Source: Terrimonas alba (GTDB taxonomy: Bacteria > Bacteroidota > Bacteroidia > Chitinophagales > Chitinophagaceae). Taken from it: a stretch of DNA of 64,000 nucleotides. Position 1 is the first letter of the stretch; the number at the start of each line of letters is the position of its first letter. The position numbers and the translations under genes are program-made. The DNA lies in NCBI RefSeq assembly GCF_042434975.1, contig NZ_JBHMQM010000009.1, positions 216,831 through 280,830 of the forward strand, given 5' to 3'. Shown piece by piece: positions 26,670 to 35,115 of this stretch. The notes beneath the pieces were generated by a model. That model saw only the letters and a list, made by a program, of their open reading frames with translations. It had not been told where the DNA came from and ran no database searches.

Positions 26670-28166
26670 TTACTCCCCACTGATTTCTTCTTTTGACTTT
26701 GATTTCCACACCTTATGTTTTGCTCCATCCATCTTTACGATCTTCGGTGTAAACCTGCCCACGATGTCAACCAGGTGTTGCTGGCTCTTCATCACTACTT
26801 CGATGTCCTTATAAGCAAAAGGTGATTCATCTAAGCCGCCACCAATCAATTTTACACCGTGTTTTTGCAATTCATCTTTCAATTGTTTATCAGTAACCGA
26901 AGCCATGGCTTTGGTACGGCTCATTTTTCTTCCGGCGCCATGCGACGCAGAGTTGACAGAAGCTGCTTCCCCTTTACCCTTTACAATAAATCCATCCGCC
27001 GTCATTGAACCAGGAATAATTCCCAATACATCTTTACCGGCAGGTGTTGCTCCTTTACGATGAACGATCACTTCTTTCTTCCCCCCTTCGACTCCGCTCA
27101 GGCTTTCTTTCCAGGCAAAGTTGTGATGGTTCTCAACCATCTTTAAGGGTTTTCTTCCCAACTGCTTTGCAATTTTATCATGGATCACATGATGACAGGC
27201 TGATGCATAATCACCGGCAAGGTTCATCGCATGCCAGTATTCAATGCCTTCTTCTTCATCCAATGTCAGCCACGCCAGGTTTTTGGCGTCCTGCGGCAAA
27301 CGTCTTTTGCTAATGGCAAGCTTGGTGTAATGATTCGCAATATTTGCTCCCAGTGCTCTCGAACCGGAATGTGACAATAAGCCCACATACATTCCGGGAT
27401 CAATACCCAGCACTTCATCACTTTCTGCAATCTCAATTACACCAAACTCTACAAAGTGATTGCCTGACCCGGAAGAACCTAATTGTTTCCACGCCCTTCC
27501 ATGCAGGTTCTTCAATAAGGGCAATTGATAAAATATTTCATTGTCCATCACCTCATGATCAGCGGCACGGTCAAACTGTGCGCCGCTGCCAAACAGTGTA
27601 GCTTCATTGATCTCTCTTGCAAAATAGTTTTCTTTTTGCACCAGCTCCTTTGGATCAATATCAAATACACTCAGGCACATTCTGCAACCAATATCAACTC
27701 CTACTCCATAAGGGATCACAGCATTTTCTGTTGCCAGCACACCGCCAATCGGCAGGCCATAACCGCTGTGCGCATCGGGCATTAATGCGCCGGCGACAGC
27801 GATCGGTAATTTAGCCGCGGTGTACATCTGGTGCATGGCACCTTCCTCGATATGTTCCTGGCCGAAGACATTGAACTGGATGCCTGAATTATTTAATGAT
27901 AAGGCCCCCTCTAAATCTCCCCCGCCAGCCGGCGGGGAGACTTTTGAAGACTCCAATTGCTGTATAAGCTTTTCTGCTATTGTTGCCACTTTTGGATCAT
28001 CTTTAAATGCTCCTGGTTTCTCCAATATTCTCTTTAATATTTCCATCACTTCTTCCTTTGTATCATGTTTAAAATTCTTTTGCATTGTATTCATGGCAAT
28101 GCTGATCACCGGGCCTTCAGGGTAGCCGATGGATCGTAGTTCTTTTCCTTGTATTTTAAGTTTCAC
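26670..28166 (-). CDS. rtcB: RtcB-family RNA 3'-phosphate/2',3'-cyclic-phosphate ligase (long form, about 90-aa N-terminal extension)
   Basis: 498 aa. Conserved RtcB motifs are present: ...GSGNHFVEFG..., ...NHHNFAWKE..., ...SHGAGRKMSR.... These include the metal-binding His and Cys residues and GMP-His loop context. Confidence 0.9.
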   Translation of the reverse strand: MKLKIQGKELRSIGYPEGPVISIAMNTMQKNFKHDTKEEVMEILKRILEKPGAFKDDPKVATIAEKLIQQLESSKVSPPAGGGDLEGALSLNNSGIQFNVFGQEHIEEGAMHQMYTAAKLPIAVAGALMPDAHSGYGLPIGGVLATENAVIPYGVGVDIGCRMCLSVFDIDPKELVQKENYFAREINEATLFGSGAQFDRAADHEVMDNEIFYQLPLLKNLHGRAWKQLGSSGSGNHFVEFGVIEIAESDEVLGIDPGMYVGLLSHSGSRALGANIANHYTKLAISKRRLPQDAKNLAWLTLDEEEGIEYWHAMNLAGDYASACHHVIHDKIAKQLGRKPLKMVENHHNFAWKESLSGVEGGKKEVIVHRKGATPAGKDVLGIIPGSMTADGFIVKGKGEAASVNSASHGAGRKMSRTKAMASVTDKQLKDELQKHGVKLIGGGLDESPFAYKDIEVVMKSQQHLVDIVGRFTPKIVKMDGAKHKVWKSKSKEEISGE

Positions 28167-28177
28167 TAATTCGTATT

Positions 28178-30316
28178 TTAATTGTTATAAGAAATAGAAG
28201 GGGGGTCTGTTTTATCAGGTTTTACCAAACCTCTTTCTTCTAAAAATTTCATCCAGGCTTTTGCCCTGTCATCACTATGGCATGCATAAATTCCCTGCCA
28301 ACTACACAGTTTTTTGGGAAACCCTAACGTTGTTTTAAACTTCAATTCCAGCAGTTTAATAATTAGGTAAACGCCGTCCTCTCTTCTTCCTCCACCACCG
28401 CCGACAAATGCATCAACGACGTCATATTTAAGAACTTCATAAATACCTGGAAAGTATAAATTACCTGAATTATCAAAACAATTAATTCCTGTTGTCTTCA
28501 AGTAATATTCATACACTTCTTTTTCTGCCATCGAGGAATATAGATTAAGAAATTTTACGAGCTCTATGGAGTCTTGAATATTTACGCTAAACCCAAAATC
28601 ACTCTCAAGAAAATGAAATTTATCATACGTCTCCAATAAAGTATCCCCCATAAGAATTTTCATCGAAAGTCCTATCTGCTGATAACCTATTTTGCCGAAC
28701 AGTTCTTGCATCTCCCTCTTTTTGTCATCATCTTCTTTCTTACTAAACCTTATTGATTGGAATTTTACTTCCAAATTTTTGACGCCATACTGCCGGTTAT
28801 TTTCTCTCCCAACCCTTTCCCCTTTTAACTTCAAAGATGGAACTTGGCGATAAGTTCCAAGAATTTTATTTATTTGTTCCTTTATATCCCGATCATTTGT
28901 TGAATTTAAAATTGCCTTTAAGTTATTGATCGTTGCTTCAGAAGAATTCTCAAATTTCCGTCTATACTTATTGCAGATCCCAATGATACCTAGATCATCA
29001 AATAATTTTGCCTTCTTTAAGTACAACAACAAACTTTTTTTATCAGAACAAAGGGATTTCCACTTACGGGAATAAAATTTATCAAGGACTCTCCCAATAG
29101 AATAAGTAAGATCCCACTCTTGTCCATGAATCAACCCGTAGTATTCAATTGCCGTTACTGTTTCCAGGTTGAGATTTTCAATTATATAATTTTCAAGACG
29201 GTATCTGGACCTATAATTTAACTCTTGCTTTAATTTATTCAAGGAGTCTTCTAGCCATCCTTCAGCTTTATAAATTATTTGATTATCCCGGCAATACTGC
29301 GTCAACAAAACAGCTTGCCTTAAGAACTTATAAAGAAAAGTTGGTAACCGATGATTATTGTCAATATCATTTGCTTCATATTCTTTCGCTAAACTTTTAA
29401 CGACCGACGTATCCAACTGGATCAATTGCATATATGCATCTATAGCAATTGAATCCTCCTCCGAGTTTAATAACCCAAACAAAATTTCCTCCCTTAATTT
29501 ATCCTCAGCTTCGTCTTTAATGTTCTCAAAAAAATTCTTCTCGTTATTCCATCTATAATCTGCATAATGATTTACCCAGTAAATCAGATAATTCAACCTC
29601 GCTGTTGCATAATAGTCATCCTTGTAAAGAAATGTGGTCTTTCCATTTCCATCAGGTACTCCCAAATCCAGATGCGTAAGACTTTTCATCAAATCAAGAA
29701 ACTCCTCGTTATCAGAATCATATCGGTTAAACCTGGACCTATTCCTGTACCATGCGGAAGCGATCCACATCAGGGCCTGAGGGTCTTTGTTTAATAATAA
29801 ACCGTCTATTTGATTCTCATAGTACCAATCAGGATATGGAGATCTGACGACGGTTGTATCTATGCGTTCTAAATCGAATGTCGAAAGATTCTTTAACTGA
29901 TACACCGTTTTTCGTCTTCCAATTTGAGTGATAAGAAATCTACCGCTCAAATCATCAAATTCGACCCTTCCGCTATTCAAAACTTTCAAAAAACTCTCAG
30001 AAGATATGGTTGAATCTATCTTTAACTCATCATCATCGAATAAACAGTTTTCCTCAACTATTCTAATTGCTATACCTCTTGCTGTATTCGGATAGAGATG
30101 GTAGCCTAAAAATTCCTGAACAAAAGTGGTGTCGTCAAGGAATTTTGCCATCTCTTTTAATGATTCAATGTTTCCTTTTATGACTCCATCCTCAATTTTA
30201 TATAGATTAGATTTCAAATCATTTCTTTGAGAATGACTTGAAAAAACAATTGCTATCATGGAAAACAGAAGAATAATTTTCTTCATAAGCCAGAGTTGAT
30301 TCTTTAAATTAAACAT
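28178..30316 (-). CDS. Large secreted hypothetical protein, AT-rich (foreign-looking), co-oriented 11 nt upstream of rtcB
   Basis: 712-aa ORF. The probable start is MKKIILLFSMIAIVFSSHSQ (signal peptide). The sequence is rich in N, K, Y and E with no recognised domain. GC content is markedly lower than in neighbouring genes. Confidence 0.6.
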   Translation of the reverse strand: MFNLKNQLWLMKKIILLFSMIAIVFSSHSQRNDLKSNLYKIEDGVIKGNIESLKEMAKFLDDTTFVQEFLGYHLYPNTARGIAIRIVEENCLFDDDELKIDSTISSESFLKVLNSGRVEFDDLSGRFLITQIGRRKTVYQLKNLSTFDLERIDTTVVRSPYPDWYYENQIDGLLLNKDPQALMWIASAWYRNRSRFNRYDSDNEEFLDLMKSLTHLDLGVPDGNGKTTFLYKDDYYATARLNYLIYWVNHYADYRWNNEKNFFENIKDEAEDKLREEILFGLLNSEEDSIAIDAYMQLIQLDTSVVKSLAKEYEANDIDNNHRLPTFLYKFLRQAVLLTQYCRDNQIIYKAEGWLEDSLNKLKQELNYRSRYRLENYIIENLNLETVTAIEYYGLIHGQEWDLTYSIGRVLDKFYSRKWKSLCSDKKSLLLYLKKAKLFDDLGIIGICNKYRRKFENSSEATINNLKAILNSTNDRDIKEQINKILGTYRQVPSLKLKGERVGRENNRQYGVKNLEVKFQSIRFSKKEDDDKKREMQELFGKIGYQQIGLSMKILMGDTLLETYDKFHFLESDFGFSVNIQDSIELVKFLNLYSSMAEKEVYEYYLKTTGINCFDNSGNLYFPGIYEVLKYDVVDAFVGGGGGRREDGVYLIIKLLELKFKTTLGFPKKLCSWQGIYACHSDDRAKAWMKFLEERGLVKPDKTDPPSISYNN

Positions 30317-30488
30317 TCATATATCATCTTACCTGATGATTCTTTGTTAAAGATTACACAAGCTTTTTGACTATTGCCCAATAGCGAAGAACCCTGAAGT
30401 GTGCGATGCTTCGGCTTCGCTCTGCACAGGCTACACAGCCGATGCCATTAGCACTGCAGCCGGAGACATAAATATTTTCTTCACTGAT

Positions 30489-31316
30489 CTATTCAAACAC
30501 AACCGTCTTATTATTATATACAAACACCCGGTCTTCAAACAACATCTTCAGCGCTTTGGCCAATACGGCCTTTTCAATTTCCTTGCCGGCAGTTACCATA
30601 GCAGCAGGTGTAAACGTATGATTGACCGGTATGATCTGCTGTTCAATAATGGGCCCTTCATCAAGATTATTGGTTACAAAATGCGCCGTAGCACCGATCA
30701 GTTTCACCCCGCGGATAAAGGCCTGCCGGTAAGGATTGGCCCCCACGAATGCCGGTAAAAATGAATGATGGATATTGATGATATTCGGCGGGTGTTTGGC
30801 TATAAACTCCGGCGACAATATCCGCATAAACTTGGCCAGCACCAGGTAATCGTATTCATACTGCTTCAAGTGATGTTCCAGCTCCGCTTCAAACTGCTCT
30901 TTGCTTTTCTGTTCATGACTGACATGTATAAACGGCACACCGAATCTTTCACATATATCCTGCAGCACAGCATGATTGCCGATAACAGCCTGTACCCGGG
31001 CGCCCAATGTTTTGAAATGATTGCGTATTAAAATATCACCGAGGCAGTGATACTCCTTTGTCACCATCACCACTATTTTCTTTTCGGGCTGGGGGTTTAC
31101 TGTAATAGCCGCATCAGCAGGCAGTACTGCCTTTAATTCATCATACAGTTTGCCGGCATCGGAATGCGAATCGGTTGCCAGTCTTAAAAAAAACTGTCCT
31201 TCGATGGTGTCCACATGTTCCCGCATGGAAAGTATGTTGATGCCATTGCCGGCCATCACCTGCGCAATAACCGCTACCAACCCAACCTTGTCTTTGCACT
31301 GAATAAGAATGATCAT
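30489..31316 (-). CDS. purU: Formyltetrahydrofolate deformylase
   Basis: 275 aa. The N-terminal ACT domain (MIILIQCKDKVGLVAVIAQVMAG) and the formyltransferase domain (...IINIHHSFLPAFVGANPY...) are present. Confidence 0.85.
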   Translation of the reverse strand: MIILIQCKDKVGLVAVIAQVMAGNGINILSMREHVDTIEGQFFLRLATDSHSDAGKLYDELKAVLPADAAITVNPQPEKKIVVMVTKEYHCLGDILIRNHFKTLGARVQAVIGNHAVLQDICERFGVPFIHVSHEQKSKEQFEAELEHHLKQYEYDYLVLAKFMRILSPEFIAKHPPNIINIHHSFLPAFVGANPYRQAFIRGVKLIGATAHFVTNNLDEGPIIEQQIIPVNHTFTPAAMVTAGKEIEKAVLAKALKMLFEDRVFVYNNKTVVFE

Positions 31317-31450
31317 ATCATTATAGTCTTTACAACAAATGTTTTACTCCTGCTTGTTTACCTCATAAAAATACTTTAGAAAAGGTTGCCAGCCGTCCGT
31401 TTGCTTCTCCACCGCGGCGGAACGCAATGCCTGGCTGGCAACCATCATTA

Positions 31451-32551
31451 CTATTTAGGCGGCACGAAGATCTGCTTCAACTGTTCTACCAGCATGCCAT
31501 TGCCGCTTACACTGATGCTGCTGATCTTATCTGCGATTGTTGAGACGTATTCCATCTCTTTCAGCTTCCACAGCATCGCATTTTCTTCCATCAGTTTGGC
31601 AGTGTTCAGCAGGCTACGGGTACTTGCAGTTTCCTCACGACGCATGATAGTATTAGCCTGCGCTTTCTTCTCAGCGATCAATACCTGGTTCATGATCTTC
31701 TTTACATCACCCGGCAGGATGATATCACGGATACCAAAACCATTTACCTCCACACCCAATGCAACTGCTTTTTCCTTTACCTGTTGCAGGACGAAAGGAG
31801 CAATCGCTTCTTTCTTTTCCAGCAACTCATCAAAACTGTAACCAGCTACATATTCACGCAGTGCCAGTTGAAAAGCCACATACAATTGCTTATCGTACTC
31901 TTTGTTCATCAACACGGCTTTTTCAATATCAGCCACCTTGTACTGCGCCCAGGCATTGATACGCAAAGCAGCCTTGTCCCTGGTCAGGATTTCCTGGCCA
32001 TTTATTTCCAGCTGCTGCTGACGCATATCCACCCGTGCAATATGAACGGCAATATTGTTCTTCCACCAATAATATACACCGCTATTCAGCACTTTATCAA
32101 ACTTACCGTTAATAAACAGCACAGCCTTTTCATAGCTCTCAACACTTAGGTTACGAACATAAGGCGCTACATATTTGCTCATCAAAACGGACCGGTCTAT
32201 GTTTTCAGTGATTTCGATCTTACTGATATCAGCACGAACAAAATCATACTGAACAACTGATTTCCAGAAAGTGTAACGACCAGCGGTCAATACCTGTTTT
32301 AGCAAACCATTTTCATACTGCAAAACAATCTCGTTGTCTCCAACTTCTACTACATGCAGAATGTCTGCCAGTATAGCGTCCTTCAGCAGGATGTTCAGTT
32401 CAACCGGCGCAATGAACGGCCTGGTCACATCATAGAGGTACACATTTTCATTTTTCCAGAACCAATACTTACCGGTCAGCAATACACGCTGATAAGCTCC
32501 ATTCTTAAATACCAGCGCTACCTGGTATTCGTTTACTTTTACTCTTTTCAT
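31451..32551 (-). CDS. SPFH/band-7 domain protein with three N-terminal repeats of about 45 aa
   Basis: 366 aa. The C-terminal half is a prohibitin (PHB) domain (...LRINAWAQYKVADIEKAV...GVEVNGFGIRDIILPGDV...). The N-terminus carries a repeated GxYxxVLLTGKYWFWKN-like module three times. Confidence 0.7.
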   Translation of the reverse strand: MKRVKVNEYQVALVFKNGAYQRVLLTGKYWFWKNENVYLYDVTRPFIAPVELNILLKDAILADILHVVEVGDNEIVLQYENGLLKQVLTAGRYTFWKSVVQYDFVRADISKIEITENIDRSVLMSKYVAPYVRNLSVESYEKAVLFINGKFDKVLNSGVYYWWKNNIAVHIARVDMRQQQLEINGQEILTRDKAALRINAWAQYKVADIEKAVLMNKEYDKQLYVAFQLALREYVAGYSFDELLEKKEAIAPFVLQQVKEKAVALGVEVNGFGIRDIILPGDVKKIMNQVLIAEKKAQANTIMRREETASTRSLLNTAKLMEENAMLWKLKEMEYVSTIADKISSISVSGNGMLVEQLKQIFVPPK

Positions 32552-32567
32552 ATTGTTTGTTTTTAGC

Positions 32568-32618
32568 CACAGATGAACACAGATTTACACAGATTTACAC
32601 AGATTTACACAGATGATC
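32568..32618. repeat. Tandem 10-bp repeats (CACAGATTTA x3, flanked by two degenerate copies), 17-67 bp upstream of the SPFH gene start
   Basis: cacagatgaa/cacagattta/cacagattta/cacagattta/cacagatgat. Each minus-strand copy (TAAATCTG) is one mismatch from the Bacteroidetes -7 box TAnnTTTG. Confidence 0.6.
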
Positions 32619-32969
32619 ATTTATGGCTGTTCAAAATTTTTTTAATAAAGTCAATGTTGCTCATCACCCGGTAATCGCGGAAAAAGATTTCAATCATGCT
32701 TTCTATACCAGTTTGTCATCACTCAACTGCCGGGATGTTCACAACAGTTTTACAATGAAAAAGTGATACATTCCACATGATTGTTTACCTGCCTGCAGGT
32801 GCTTACCAGGTTGCAGCATTTCCAAAACTTTCCCATTCAAGGTACTCGTTCTTTCAAGTCCTCATCATGATACATTACTGCATCATATCAGGAAGTCATA
32901 GGCCTTACTGCCGATAAACAACATTGACTTTAATTTCTCTCACCATTTGAGAAGTGGTGTACTTCTTTT

Positions 32970-33050
32970 CCTCTACATTATCAGTGTAGTGCTCTAACCA
33001 ACTGAGCTATCCAGATTATGAGCCTGGAGCAGGAGTCGAACCTGCGACCC
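32970..33050 (-). ncRNA. Circularly permuted tRNA-Ile(GAU)-like element: T-arm, loop-closed acceptor hairpin, D-arm, anticodon-like hairpin
   Basis: The minus strand reads GGGTC-GCAGGTTCGACTCCTGC (perfect T-arm with TTCGACT loop), then TCCAG-gctcataat-CTGGA (acceptor strands joined by a loop), then TA-GCTCAGTTGGTTAGAGC (consensus D-arm), then A-CTACACTGATAATGTAG (anticodon stem-loop with anticodon GAT). The order 3' half then 5' half is not a standard tRNA. Confidence 0.4.
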
Positions 33051-33086
33051 TTGTTTGCGTCTACCTTTTCGCCATCATGACTTATC

Positions 33087-33110
33087 GTGAGTAGGATTCG
33101 AACCTACACG
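33087..33110 (-). ncRNA. Second tRNA-like T-arm minihelix
   Basis: The minus strand reads CGTG-TAGGTTCGAATCCTA-CTCACG, a perfect T-arm (loop TTCGAAT) coaxially extended by CGTG/CACG. No D-arm partner is present. Confidence 0.25.
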
Positions 33111-33337
33111 TCTGTGGTCAGACAAACTAGTGGGGATTACATATTGCTGCAACAGCATACAGCGGGTTACTACTGCTGCACTATGGTGTTTCTTTGAAAC
33201 ACTCATCCGGTTTGCTGTCAACATGCAAATTCCCATCTTGCCGTTAAGCAAGCTTTTGTGTTGATTTGAAATCAACAATATTGTCAAGAACTTTGTCTAC
33301 ACCATGATTTGAGAAGATTAGTCACGGTTCAGACTTT

Positions 33338-34414
33338 TTAATTCATCAACTCTGCCTGTCGCCTGAATCCGACCACTTCTGTTTTTTCAATAGGCTGAGT
33401 TTTCTCGTTTGGATTTGCGATCTCAGCGATGGTCATCGGCTGATTGATTACCGTATCAAATCCAAAGTGCTTTGATAACCGTTGTGCCTTTTTTATTCCC
33501 AGTTTTTCAAATTCATATTTGGCGATCAATCTTCCTTTTCGCAACAGGGCATTGTCCACCATCGTCAGCGAACTGTTGAACGTACAGATCAGTTGCACAT
33601 TCAGAAAATCTGCCAGCAGGCCGTCAGAAATATTCAACAGGTTCGACACCGACGAACTGCTGTTGTGTCTTCTGTCCATGATGATATTCTCCGCATCTTC
33701 AATAATCAAAACAGTGTTCGGATTGTCGATCAGCAGTTCGATAAAGTCAGGGTTCATCAGGTTGCCTGCAACCGATGGAGACAAGAACAACACTCTTTTT
33801 TTGATCTTACCCACCAGGTAGCGCAGGTAAGTCGTTTTACCTGTACCCGGCAACCCGTGAAGCAACACAATGCCTTTATCATTCTTCTGGCTTAGCCTAT
33901 TCCTGATCACTTCATCTGTTTCTTTAAAATCATCTTCATAAAAAAGATCAAGGTCCAGTTTTGTCCGTTTAATCTCCATCGCTTTCAACCCCAGTTGATT
34001 CCTGTTCTGCACAATCAGGTTGATCTCGAGTGGTTGCCTTCGCTGTCTTTCTTTGAACTGTATAGCAATCATAAAAATTGCTTCTACCAATTCCGGTTGC
34101 TGACCGTCATGCAGGATCTCGCAATAATAATCATCCACCTCCAGCACAATATTTTTATTCATAATGATGATCGTCTTGTCAAACTCAAACCGCTTTTTAG
34201 CCTTCTTGTACCATCTCGTTTGGTGAATGTTTGCTATACTGCCTGCAAACTTTTCCCTGATCGCGGCAAAGGCTTTTTCTCCATTGATCTGCCCGATATA
34301 ATTTATACTCGGTAGCAGGTTGAAGCTGTACAGGTAAAGCATTTTAGCATCCAGGAAGGAATCGGTAAACACGTTGTTGGCGCTGATCACTTTCTGGTTA
34401 TATAGATTGTCCAT
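33338..34414 (-). CDS. Classical-clade AAA ATPase with a family-specific N-terminal domain of about 140 aa
   Basis: 358 aa. The Walker A motif is LLHGLPGTGKTT, the Walker B motif is VLIIEDAE, and the second region of homology (SRH) is LLRKGRL. The N-domain is homologous to the stand-alone ORF at 35282-35701. Confidence 0.8.
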   Translation of the reverse strand: MDNLYNQKVISANNVFTDSFLDAKMLYLYSFNLLPSINYIGQINGEKAFAAIREKFAGSIANIHQTRWYKKAKKRFEFDKTIIIMNKNIVLEVDDYYCEILHDGQQPELVEAIFMIAIQFKERQRRQPLEINLIVQNRNQLGLKAMEIKRTKLDLDLFYEDDFKETDEVIRNRLSQKNDKGIVLLHGLPGTGKTTYLRYLVGKIKKRVLFLSPSVAGNLMNPDFIELLIDNPNTVLIIEDAENIIMDRRHNSSSSVSNLLNISDGLLADFLNVQLICTFNSSLTMVDNALLRKGRLIAKYEFEKLGIKKAQRLSKHFGFDTVINQPMTIAEIANPNEKTQPIEKTEVVGFRRQAELMN

Positions 34415-34529
34415 TTTGTTTAATTTTTTAACCCTCCAAACCTCCCTAAAGGGAGGCTTAGAAGACTCCAGATTATTTTAAATCTTTTAATTACTGGCGA
34501 CTCCAAAGTCTCCGCCGCCTAGCGGAGAT

Positions 34530-35039
34530 TTAGGGGTTTACCACTTTATTTGCACAATTGGAACTCGCAAAAGCTTCCGGCTTGGCTTTGAAAGCAAAGC
34601 CCATCCCAACGATATAACCCATGGCTTCTTTCAATGCATCATTGCTTTTGAAGTTAGGGTTGGTGTTGATGTCGGCATGCACTTCCAAATCCACACTGTA
34701 GCGGGAAAAGATATTGCACAGGTCAAAAGCCACTTCAATGCTCTTACCCACTTCCACCAGCATCCGTTGTTTGATACTCATCTTTTGTTGAGTGATCTCA
34801 TTATGCATATACATGAAACCGCCCTTTCCTTTCCGGATGAATACGATCACGGTGGCAAACTCAATGATCTTTCCTTTTACCTGGCTATCGGTACCGATGC
34901 ATACTTTCAGCTCATGACCAGCTTCTCTTTCACGCATCAATACATTAGTTACTTCTTCGGCAATAGGAATTTTAATTCGTTCGCCGTTTAATTTTCTCCA
35001 TTTCTGCTGTACCTGTTCCATTGTTTTATCATTTATCAT
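34530..35039 (-). CDS. DUF458 / YkuK-like RNase H-fold protein
   Basis: 169 aa. The family-characteristic motif is KVCIGTDSQVKGKIIEFATVIVF. It is co-directional and immediately upstream of the AAA ATPase gene. The true start may be M7, because a tRNA-like gene ends only 4 nt upstream. Confidence 0.55.
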   Translation of the reverse strand: MINDKTMEQVQQKWRKLNGERIKIPIAEEVTNVLMREREAGHELKVCIGTDSQVKGKIIEFATVIVFIRKGKGGFMYMHNEITQQKMSIKQRMLVEVGKSIEVAFDLCNIFSRYSVDLEVHADINTNPNFKSNDALKEAMGYIVGMGFAFKAKPEAFASSNCANKVVNP

Positions 35040-35043
35040 TCAG

Positions 35044-35115
35044 CACGGGTTGAAGGATTCGAACCCTCATCCACAGATTTGGAGTCTGTGATGTTAGCCA
35101 TTACAATAAACCCGT
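35044..35115 (-). tRNA. tRNA-Trp(CCA)-like gene with no encoded CCA and a weak D-stem
   Basis: The minus strand reads ACGGGTT-TA-TTGT-AATGGCTA-ACAT-C-ACAGA-CTCCAAA-TCTGT-GGAT-GAGGG-TTCGAAT-CCTTC-AACCCGT-G. The acceptor stem is perfect at 7 bp, U8 and A9 are present, the anticodon loop is CU-CCA-AA, the T-loop is canonical and the discriminator is G73. The D-stem has one mismatch. Confidence 0.55.

Noticed and set aside
26670-30316. Search for an Rsr (Ro60/TROVE-vWA) gene to complete a canonical rsr-yrlA-rtcB module
   Set aside because: No ORF in the window has TROVE or vWA characteristics. The 712-aa neighbour of rtcB has a signal peptide and no matching motifs.
32568-32618. Tandem repeats considered as a CRISPR array
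   Set aside because: The units are 10 bp, directly abutting with no spacers, and no cas genes are present. The same applies to 21560-21620 and 42859-42900.
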